Notes under the pieces: model-generated | Told to the model about the DNA's origin: nothing | What the model saw: only the letters and a program-made list of their open reading frames with translations | The model's database searches: none | Shown here: in pieces, positions 8,793 to 15,521 of the stretch | How positions within the stretch are numbered: position 1 is the stretch's first letter | How the letters are laid out: every line of letters begins with the position of its first letter | Position numbers and translations under genes: made by a program | Source of the DNA: Elusimicrobiota bacterium | Lineage (GTDB): Bacteria; Elusimicrobiota; Elusimicrobia; F11 | Assembly (NCBI GenBank): GCA_046153645.1 | Contig: JBJXGI010000076.1 | Span: 1-16,620, forward strand | DNA: 16,620 bases | Reading direction: 5' to 3'

Positions 8793-8846
8793 ACTGCCCC
8801 TATGGCCGAAGGCGCCGATACCTATATAATCGGCCAGAGGGGCAGT
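8793..8846. terminator. GC-rich 17-bp inverted repeat (1 mismatch, 20-nt loop), likely terminator or stabilising stem downstream of the Spy-like gene
   Basis: ACTGCCCCTATGGCCGA (8793-8809) pairs with TCGGCCAGAGGGGCAGT (8830-8846). Confidence 0.5.
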
Positions 8847-8899
8847 CGCGTTTTATGGATGTGTCGGCATCACCACTTGAATATTATTTTGGGAGACTT

Positions 8900-9304
8900 T
8901 TATTTTTTATCCTTCTTCATTTTTTTATCCATCTTCTTTTTCATTTTGCACTCGTCTGTGCATCCATTTTTGCATTCGGGTCCGCATTTCATGCCGTGTT
9001 CGTGGTTTTCGCCGTGTTGATGCATGGCTTCGAATTTGGTTTTTTGTTCATCGGTCAAGACCGCTTTAATTTTCTCACGAGTCTCTTCGTGGATCGCTTT
9101 GATCTTTTCGTGTTTCTCTTTTTTTATGGTTTCAATTTGCGTGCTTTGCTCTGGTGTAAGGCCGAGCGCTTCAGTCATCTTGCCCATTTTTCCTTCGGCT
9201 GGTTTCTCATCGCCGACGCCGCATTTCCCGCAGTGCGCGTGAACCATTGAACCGAACGAGACTGATAAGCCCAGCATTGTTAGTAATAGTATTTTTCTTT
9301 TCAT
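8900..9304 (-). CDS. secreted Spy/CpxP-like (LTxxQ) protein with Cys/His-rich ends
   Basis: AAGGAG RBS before ATG 9304. Signal peptide ending VHA. LGLTPEQ and VLTDEQKTKF motifs, plus HCGKCG and KCGPECKNGCTDEC. Confidence 0.75.
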   Translation of the reverse strand: MKRKILLLTMLGLSVSFGSMVHAHCGKCGVGDEKPAEGKMGKMTEALGLTPEQSTQIETIKKEKHEKIKAIHEETREKIKAVLTDEQKTKFEAMHQHGENHEHGMKCGPECKNGCTDECKMKKKMDKKMKKDKK

Positions 9305-9338
9305 TATTTTCTCCTTTATTGGTGTAACAGATTTGATG

Positions 9339-9378
9339 ATTATAGTATGTCCTTTTATCAATCAGTTGGGTATCAGTT
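9339..9378 (-). promoter_or_regulatory. putative activator-dependent promoter of the Spy-like gene
   Basis: Perfect TATAAT (9344-9339). Direct repeat AACTGAT at 9367-9361 and 9378-9372 (11-bp period) sits at the -35 position. Confidence 0.5.
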
Positions 9379-9393
9379 TTTATATCTCCTCTT

Positions 9394-10131
9394 TTAATCG
9401 TTAGTTCGTTTGGACATTGGATTGTTGAGCTGCTTCGTTATCTCCTTTGTATTATCTGACTTCAAATTCTCATGGATGGATGAAAACTTTTGAACTGCAT
9501 CAGGAATTAAACCTCCAATAGCCGCATCAACTCTTGCTCTAACTCGCGAGAAAATGTCGTCAGCAATACCGGAAAGTTTTAATTCGTAATGTTTTCTAAG
9601 AACATACTCATGTATCAATGTTCTCCTTGAGGCTAATCGACGAGATGCTTGCAATGCGTCTTGTTTTGCGAGGTTGCGTTCATAGGTATTTCCAACCGGA
9701 TTAAAAACAGTTTGATTTGGGTTAGCAGAAGTCACCGATACATTGGGATCTTTTGCGGCACTTAGAGTCATTTCTGATATTCGAACGGAATGTTCCAATA
9801 CCGCGATCCCTTCCGTGTAAATGTGGTCACGCGCTATCTTTGTGAGATCGCTTTGTGAAAATTTCCTGCCAGCGACAACTGCTAGACGCCAAACTTCTTG
9901 GGCGACGCCAGTAGATTCAGATGGATATCCACCAGCTTCATACGCCATGATTTTTTGAACATCAAAGTCGCCTAAGATTCTTGCGAGACGGCTGGTTTTT
10001 AACGCGATGTTTACCAATGGCAATTCGCTTAGCTCGATATTTCTAAGAATATCCCCGGAAAGATCGAGGGCCTCTTGAAGGGAGGCTCTGCTTGGGTGAA
10101 CAAGATCATCGCTGTTGTGGTTTTTTTCCAT
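9394..10131 (-). CDS. AbiTii-like domain protein, probably C-terminally truncated
   Basis: IL.NIELSELPL.NIALK.SRLAR.LGD......YE..GY resembles the AbiTii N-terminal domain. Start placed at ATG 10131 because the longer ORF runs through the tRNA. Confidence 0.6.
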   Translation of the reverse strand: MEKNHNSDDLVHPSRASLQEALDLSGDILRNIELSELPLVNIALKTSRLARILGDFDVQKIMAYEAGGYPSESTGVAQEVWRLAVVAGRKFSQSDLTKIARDHIYTEGIAVLEHSVRISEMTLSAAKDPNVSVTSANPNQTVFNPVGNTYERNLAKQDALQASRRLASRRTLIHEYVLRKHYELKLSGIADDIFSRVRARVDAAIGGLIPDAVQKFSSIHENLKSDNTKEITKQLNNPMSKRTND

Positions 10132-10157
10132 GATTAACTCTGCATGAGTAAAAAATT

Positions 10158-10244
10158 CGGAGAGGGAGGGATTCGAACCCCCGGTACCCGTGAAGGCACT
10201 CACGCTTTCAAGGCGTGCGCTTTAAACCACTCAGCCACCTCTCC
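10158..10244 (-). tRNA. tRNA-Ser(TGA), intact, CCA not encoded
   Basis: GGAGAGG/CCTCTCC acceptor stem, discriminator G, anticodon arm CACGC-CTTGAAA-GCGTG, long variable arm, T-arm GGGGG-TTCGAAT-CCCTC. Confidence 0.97.
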
Positions 10245-10249
10245 TAAAA

Positions 10250-10801
10250 TTAGTGTCCGTCTTTCTTAACGATACCGGGTTGCACCGCGGGCGTTCTTGG
10301 TAAATCATCGGCCACATGTATCGGCAATGAACGCTTACCTTGCAAAATTTCAATTGCTCCTTGTCTAAGAAGCCGAAATTCCTCTTCAATCGCCCCATGT
10401 GCCATAGGTGAATAGCTCGAATTTTTTATGTGTGTTTTGTCGAAGTCATAGTCCAACACGGTCGCCATCCGGTGTAGCATTTCAACAAGCAGATCAATTC
10501 GTTTAATAGCCCACTGTTCAACTGGAATTTGGGTCTGACCTAAATGGTCAAGATATTCCTTCCATGAGTCTAGAACTGCGCGTTCCTTTTTCTCGTTTTT
10601 GTCAAATTCAAGGTCAATCCTGTTTAGTGCTTCGACGTGCGCCCATGTAATGGTGTAGCTCCGGGTTGCCATTAACGTCTGAAAAATTGAAAGCTTTCGT
10701 TCCCTGATTTCACGCTTTCGATCTAAATATCGCGTTAGCTGAACAGCTATCAGCGGACCAGTCAGTACTGCTACAACCATCACCCAATCAGCTATTGTCA
10801 T
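10250..10801 (-). CDS. DUF6680-like protein with N-terminal TM helix
   Basis: AAGGAGG RBS before ATG 10801. Pattern AVL.GP.IAVQ....LD......RK..IF.TLMATR......HVEALN.IDLEF..W..Y..HL..LL..MA..L.Y.FD...I....YSP..HG. Confidence 0.7.
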   Translation of the reverse strand: MTIADWVMVVAVLTGPLIAVQLTRYLDRKREIRERKLSIFQTLMATRSYTITWAHVEALNRIDLEFDKNEKKERAVLDSWKEYLDHLGQTQIPVEQWAIKRIDLLVEMLHRMATVLDYDFDKTHIKNSSYSPMAHGAIEEEFRLLRQGAIEILQGKRSLPIHVADDLPRTPAVQPGIVKKDGH

Positions 10802-10862
10802 AATCCCTCCTTTAAGCACGGTGACTCAAATAAAAACCCGGGCTTAGGTTTTCGATCCCCTT

Positions 10863-10962
10863 ACAACCCTTTACAACTTAGTTTACAACCAACCCGTCAA
10901 TTTACATCCATCTGCATCAACACGCATATCAGCTTCTCCGACGAGAAAGTGCGATAGGTTTG
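10863..10962 (-). repeat. 100-bp conserved non-coding element, copy A
   Basis: 78/100 ungapped identity (hand count) to 13822-13921. Two TTTACAAC boxes 12 bp apart, and an invariant AAAGTGCGATAGGTTTG. Confidence 0.92.
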
Positions 10963-10975
10963 GTTGATCTTCAAT

Positions 10976-11014
10976 TTTCAAGTCGTCCGCATTCGACCAC
11001 TCTGCCACCTCTCC
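10976..11014 (-). pseudogene. 5' half of a tRNA-Ser(TGA), ending at the anticodon loop (att-like fragment)
   Basis: GGAGAGGTGGCAGAGTGGTCGAATGCGGACGACTTGAAA is 33/39 identical to the intact tRNA's 5' half. No 3' half follows. Confidence 0.9.
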
Positions 11015-11035
11015 ATTCATTACGACTATTGCCAA

Positions 11036-11066
11036 GGAGGTGACTGCACAAGACGCTGCCACCTCC
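11036..11066. other. stem-loop between the TPR gene and the tRNA half
   Basis: Minus strand GGAGGTGGCAGC-GTCTTGT-GCAGTCACCTCC: a 12-bp stem with one mismatch and one G-U pair. Confidence 0.6.
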
Positions 11067-11190
11067 CCAAAAATTACTTGTTGCCGTTTACGCGATTTGG
11101 GAATGATACCTCCAAAACGACACATCCCACATCTGTTTTGAATGGGCCATGTTCTTCCCCTGGCGGCCTGCTCGCATAGTGCCTACTTTG

Positions 11191-13818
11191 CTAATTGCTT
11201 CCGCTTCCGCCACAAGCGGAGCAGGTGGTCATACCGCCCGAGCTGTGGGAGGTGCGAATGCTGCCAGCGGAGTTATAAAAATCTTCACGTTGCGACGCGG
11301 TTGCGCCGCTGGGCGCCGAGATACGCGTTTGACTTGCGCCTCCGCTTTGCCAAACTTGACCGGACCCATTACAGCGGGAACAGACGCTGGGAGAGTTGTT
11401 CGGCTGGTTGCTGTTGATGCCTTGCTGGTATTCGCGCCACGATGCGTCCGCCGCTTCTTTTTCTTCCTGTGCTTTTATCTCCGCTTCGACAACGCGCCAG
11501 TCGCGATCGCTGTTGCGTGTGGAAACATAGGGCGCTACACCGGAAGCCGGATAATTGAAGATGGTATGGTCACGGCCAACTCGTGTGTCATAAGTGAAAT
11601 CCCCATTGGGGTTCAGGGTGATGAACGAATCGCGGTCGATAACTGCAATTTCGGACATGTTCCTTCGGTCCCGGCGTGCTTGCACAACAGCGCCTTTGAG
11701 AAAAAGCGACCAGCCTCCATTGTCTTCCATTATCACTCCCGTCTCGGGTAAGTGCTTTTCATTGAGGTCACCTCGAAACCAACCAAATCCGGGAATATCC
11801 AATCGCGCTTGGCGCCCAGGCGCGGTTGTTGCCACCAGTCCATCGCTTAAGGTGATGATGGTCTTATCGCCCTCAACAACGCGAGACACTTCTTTAATGA
11901 GTGTTGTCGGTACACCGTAGAAGAACGGACCGCTGAGCAGATCGAATCCGTCGGCGTACACAAAAACTCCTTCTGAAACTCCTTCCGATTCATTGGAAAG
12001 CGGTTTTAACAAACCGAAATAAAACGAACCGAAGGGAGTCCATGGGAGCGAATCGGGAGGGAACCAGGCGAGGTCGCGATATCCCAAAGGATAAATGTGT
12101 TTCCCGCTGGACGTTGTTTTGGGTGACTCCACGGGGCCGCGCTTACCATCGCGGAACGCTTTTTGATAGTTGACGCCGTCGGGAAGAAGATAAATGCCTT
12201 CGAAGTCATGAAGAAGATAAACGCCTTCGGAAATTTTCGGCCAAAGCCTGAGGGAGCCGTCCTTCTGCCACTGAGTGCGTAGCCCGATTGATGAATAGAT
12301 GGGGTCCAGATTTCCTTTTTCCCGAACGTGGGTGGCCATGGGCGCCAACATTTCCATCAGGTTTTTGGGCTTGGCGCCGCCTCGCTTTGCGATGAATGAT
12401 TCGCGGGCCTTTTCATAAAGGGGATCGTATTTCACAAGCGCCTTCAAGTCCTTTTTGATTTGGGAGGCCGTCTTATAGTTTTGCGCGGCCAGGAAATCAT
12501 TGCCCGCCGCGGTGTGGATGTCGCCCCGAAGCGCGTAATTTTCAATCTTGAACGGCTTGTAGGCAATGAGATGAGCCGACGTGTAAAGCGCTTCGGTGTA
12601 CCGCCCAGCCTTGGTCAGAGTGAGGGCTTTGTTGCGCAGAGCGAAGTCGTCCCAGGGGGTTTGGGCCAGGAGCAAATCCCAATTCTTGACGGCTTCATCG
12701 AAGTTTCCAAGACCGGTGTGAATGAGCCCCAAATTGGTGAGCCCCGCCGGAACGGCCAGAGTGGGATCCAAGGCAAGCCCCTCTTGAACGGACGTCAACG
12801 CTTCCGCGAATTTGCCTTGTAAGCGCAGCGAGGCCCCGCGGTTGATCATGGCGCGAGCGAATTTTGGGTCGACCTTTAACGCCTGGGCAAGTGCGGCATC
12901 GGCACGAGCAAAATCAGGGTTGGGTCGTCTGAGCAAGGTGGCGGCCAAATAGCTGTGGCCACGCGGGTCGTGTGGCGTCGCGCGAGCGGCCTCTTCACAC
13001 GCCAACAGAGTTCTTTCATTCGCCTCGGGGAATAGATGCATGCACCAGTCAACGGCGCTCGCCGAGTCTTTGAGGAGCTCCTTCCCGCGTTTGGACTTGC
13101 TCACAGTGTCCATGTCTTTAACGTAGTCATTGAACCCAGCGCGGTCGTGATATCTCATTGATCCGTGGGGATAGGAATTCAGGTTTCCGACGGATTCGGA
13201 GAGTTTGACAGCGACCAGCAAATCCTTTTTTTGATCCGAGATTTTCCCAAGAGCGTCATAAAAAGTTGAACGCTCAGCGTAATTCTTGTAATTGGGAACC
13301 AGCTTGATCGCCACGGTTATTTCGGCAACGGCCTTCTTGAATTCTTTACTTTCTCCATAGGCATTGGCCCGAACATTGTGGGCGTAAGCCTTCATCCATT
13401 TTCCATAGGCCGCGAATTTCTTGAACGCCTCATCGCGGGCCTTTTCACCCTTGGCATTTTCAAACGCTTTTAACGCCTTTCGCCCTGTTATCTGGCCTGA
13501 ATCTTCAGACCGTTTCCAATACATCTTGATGGTTTCCAATTCGGGTATTTCGCTGCTGACTTGACGGTCAGCGAGAGCCAGCCAATCCCAGACATTGGCG
13601 TCGATCGGCTGTTCGCCATCGGCCACCAATTGACCGCAGGCTTCAAACACTTTCCACGGGTCTATGGCTTCATAGGCGGCGCGACAGGCCTGCATCGGGG
13701 TGGGTGTGGCCCACCCCGGTAAAACAGAACCGACCGCTACAAAAACCCCCATAAATATAAATTGTTTCAACCTTGTTGTTCTTAACGTCTTGTGGTTTTT
13801 TAATTTCATTGTTAGCAC
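11191..13818 (-). CDS. large exported TPR-repeat protein with C-terminal CxxCxGxG zinc-finger (true start may be a downstream ATG)
   Basis: Signal-like FIFMGVFVAVGSVLPGWA. TPR consensus (AMINRGASL..QGKFAEA.....GLALDP, LTNLGLIH..LGNFDEA). CSRCNGSG...CSACGGSG at the end. GC visibly higher than flanks (34/60 in line 12841 vs 21/60 in line 1561). Confidence 0.85.
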   Translation of the reverse strand: MLTMKLKNHKTLRTTRLKQFIFMGVFVAVGSVLPGWATPTPMQACRAAYEAIDPWKVFEACGQLVADGEQPIDANVWDWLALADRQVSSEIPELETIKMYWKRSEDSGQITGRKALKAFENAKGEKARDEAFKKFAAYGKWMKAYAHNVRANAYGESKEFKKAVAEITVAIKLVPNYKNYAERSTFYDALGKISDQKKDLLVAVKLSESVGNLNSYPHGSMRYHDRAGFNDYVKDMDTVSKSKRGKELLKDSASAVDWCMHLFPEANERTLLACEEAARATPHDPRGHSYLAATLLRRPNPDFARADAALAQALKVDPKFARAMINRGASLRLQGKFAEALTSVQEGLALDPTLAVPAGLTNLGLIHTGLGNFDEAVKNWDLLLAQTPWDDFALRNKALTLTKAGRYTEALYTSAHLIAYKPFKIENYALRGDIHTAAGNDFLAAQNYKTASQIKKDLKALVKYDPLYEKARESFIAKRGGAKPKNLMEMLAPMATHVREKGNLDPIYSSIGLRTQWQKDGSLRLWPKISEGVYLLHDFEGIYLLPDGVNYQKAFRDGKRGPVESPKTTSSGKHIYPLGYRDLAWFPPDSLPWTPFGSFYFGLLKPLSNESEGVSEGVFVYADGFDLLSGPFFYGVPTTLIKEVSRVVEGDKTIITLSDGLVATTAPGRQARLDIPGFGWFRGDLNEKHLPETGVIMEDNGGWSLFLKGAVVQARRDRRNMSEIAVIDRDSFITLNPNGDFTYDTRVGRDHTIFNYPASGVAPYVSTRNSDRDWRVVEAEIKAQEEKEAADASWREYQQGINSNQPNNSPSVCSRCNGSGQVWQSGGASQTRISAPSGATASQREDFYNSAGSIRTSHSSGGMTTCSACGGSGSN

Positions 13819-13821
13819 TTA

Positions 13822-13921
13822 ACAATCCTTTACAACCCAGTTTACAACCTGCCAGTCAATTTACAGCTATCTCCGCGAACATCCGTCACAGTCACTCCGA
13901 CAAAAAAGTGCGATAGGTTTG
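13822..13921 (-). repeat. 100-bp conserved non-coding element, copy B
   Basis: Direct repeat of 10863-10962 at an offset of 2959 bp. TTTACAAC boxes at 13829 and 13841. Confidence 0.92.
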
Positions 13922-13945
13922 ACTGTTTTTATTTCTCTTCTTTTT

Positions 13946-14374
13946 TCACGCGCTCTTTGAGCATTTTCGGCAACAAATCAAAGAGTCAATGGAAAACCGG
14001 CCGCCTCCGGTAAAAACAAATGAAAGGGCCACGGCTCCATAAAGAAATGCCAATTCTTTGACTTGGAAGGGATCCTTCGCATGCGCCCAAAAAAACGCGA
14101 CTGCCATGGTCACAAAAACAAAAAAAGCGGAAATTCTGGTGCCAAGGCCAATGGCGATAAAAAGGCCGCCGACCAATTCAGCCAGCCCTGCCAACCATGC
14201 CATGATGGTGGGCGCTGGCATGCCCATTTGTGTGAGTCCTTCGGCCATGCGCGGCATTATGCCACCGAATACTTTTTGGTAACCATGATAGGCCATTCCC
14301 AGTCCCATCAAAACACGGAGGATTAATAGCCCGCCGCTTTTTAATTTACATTTGAGTCCTGTATGTTCAGTCAT
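13946..14374 (-). CDS. DoxX family membrane protein
   Basis: LLILRV..G.....HG.QK, AELVGG....GL.TR, ELA..Y......GGGRFSID. Confidence 0.92.
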   Translation of the reverse strand: MTEHTGLKCKLKSGGLLILRVLMGLGMAYHGYQKVFGGIMPRMAEGLTQMGMPAPTIMAWLAGLAELVGGLFIAIGLGTRISAFFVFVTMAVAFFWAHAKDPFQVKELAFLYGAVALSFVFTGGGRFSIDSLICCRKCSKSA

Positions 14375-14402
14375 TGATCCCCCCGTATTTTTTCCTTTAT
14401 AT

Positions 14403-15017
14403 TTATTTCACTCGTTTGTAGGTAATTTCCATGTTTTTGAATTCTTTTCCATCGGGTCCTTTGGAGTAAGATAAATACACGTGGTTATCATTATCAATAA
14501 TTTTTGTTTCTGTGCGGGCCCATTTGTTTTTTTCACCGGTCATAGGGCAGCTAAAATCACCATCGGAAGAGAAAGTTTTGGTTGTTGCGTCATATTTTCC
14601 TGAAAACTTCATCATCCCGGTCATGAAGTTATCAAGCCAAATGGATTCATATTGCCCGCGAATATTATCATAGCCAATAAGTCCCATGCCTTCAAAAGGT
14701 TGGCCAGCCCAATCGCCTTTAAATTCTTCTTGTACAAAACGGCCACCCAAAACCCACCAGTTTTTGGCTAAACCTTTTGATTCTTCAACTTTTCCATTGG
14801 GTTCCATCCAACCTTTCACTTCGGCTGTCCAATTTCCAATCAAAGGTTCAAGCATTTTGTGATTTTCTGAAGGAGAGCCATGTTTCATCGCATTCATCAT
14901 CGCTTCTGACATCATGGGTTCTTTTGTTATTAATTTTTTATCTTTTTTCCCAGCCCATAAAGTTGTTAGAGACCCCGCGACAATAACGATCGCCACTATT
15001 TTCATTCCATTTTTCAT
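14403..15017 (-). CDS. DUF1579-domain secreted protein
   Basis: GAGAGG RBS before ATG 15017, signal peptide, P...H..L..L.G.W, LGGRF, FEG.G..GYDN....Y.S.W.D...T, MEITY.R. Confidence 0.85.
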   Translation of the reverse strand: MKNGMKIVAIVIVAGSLTTLWAGKKDKKLITKEPMMSEAMMNAMKHGSPSENHKMLEPLIGNWTAEVKGWMEPNGKVEESKGLAKNWWVLGGRFVQEEFKGDWAGQPFEGMGLIGYDNIRGQYESIWLDNFMTGMMKFSGKYDATTKTFSSDGDFSCPMTGEKNKWARTETKIIDNDNHVYLSYSKGPDGKEFKNMEITYKRVK

Positions 15018-15092
15018 GTTAACCTCTCTTTTCATTAGATTCATTTTTAAAAAATTTTTAGGATTTTAACTTGTTTTGTTAAAGATGTGTTG

Positions 15093-15404
15093 TTAATTCC
15101 TTCCCTGATTTTCAAGTTTGTAAATAGCTCGAATAAGGTGGGAAAATTTTCTCCCAAAAGGTGTGAGAAAATATTCCACCTTGGGAGGAATGACCGGAAA
15201 TGATTTCTTTTCCAGAATTCCAAAGGCCACTAGTTTCTTGAGCCTTTCAGTTAGCACTTTTCTTGATAAATTTTTGGCGCTTTTTTCTAATTTCCCAGGT
15301 CGGCGGTTACCTTGTTGAATTTCGTTTAATACGTGAAGCGACCATTTGCAACCGATAATAGATTCCATCATTTCAGGTGTTGTGTAACTTTCTCGTTTTT
15401 TCAT
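15093..15404 (-). CDS. HxlR-family winged-helix regulator
   Basis: IIGCKWS..VL, LS.KVL.ERLK.L...GI, FP.IPPKVEY.LTPFG. Confidence 0.92.
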   Translation of the reverse strand: MKKRESYTTPEMMESIIGCKWSLHVLNEIQQGNRRPGKLEKSAKNLSRKVLTERLKKLVAFGILEKKSFPVIPPKVEYFLTPFGRKFSHLIRAIYKLENQGRN

Positions 15405-15425
15405 TTAACCTTTTAAAAGCCACTG

Positions 15426-15460
15426 TTACTTTTGGGTGCGTATTGAACCAAAAAGTGCGG
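15426..15460. promoter_or_regulatory. putative HxlR operator in the divergent intergenic region
   Basis: TTACTTTTGGGTGCG and AACCAAAAAGTGCG repeat GTGCG 19 bp apart, with TTTTGG/CCAAAA dyad symmetry. Confidence 0.4.
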
Positions 15461-15521
15461 GCTATCCCATTTAATATTGAGAAGCTATGTTTGTGCCATT
15501 CTAATATTAAAGGAGTAAAAC

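Noticed and set aside
8802..9250. Phe-rich plus-strand ORFs resembling membrane proteins
   Set aside because: Antisense to the Lys/Glu-rich Spy-like gene, which explains the Phe bias.
10132..10203. N-terminal extension of the 269-aa ORF
   Set aside because: It overlaps the tRNA 3' half (GGSNPSLS is the translated T-arm). ATG 10131 is more plausible.
10846..11014. Intron-containing tRNA-Ser: GACGA could pair with TCGTC inside site A, and GGGGATCGAAAACCT looks T-arm-like
   Set aside because: There is no proper TTCGA T-loop and no CCTCTCC acceptor 3' strand, copy B has TTGTC at that position, and no group I intron core is visible.
10883..11125. 80-aa minus-strand ORF
   Set aside because: GEVAEWSNA is simply the translated tRNA 5' half, and the rest runs through the non-coding repeat.
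11142..12822. Several plus-strand ORFs up to 200 aa
   Set aside because: Antisense shadows of the GC-rich TPR gene with no recognisable motifs.
10861..13921. CRISPR array or classical integron attC sites
   Set aside because: Only two long copies about 3 kb apart, no repeat-spacer periodicity, no RYYYAAC...GTTRRRY palindromic attC fold, and no cas or intI gene in the window.
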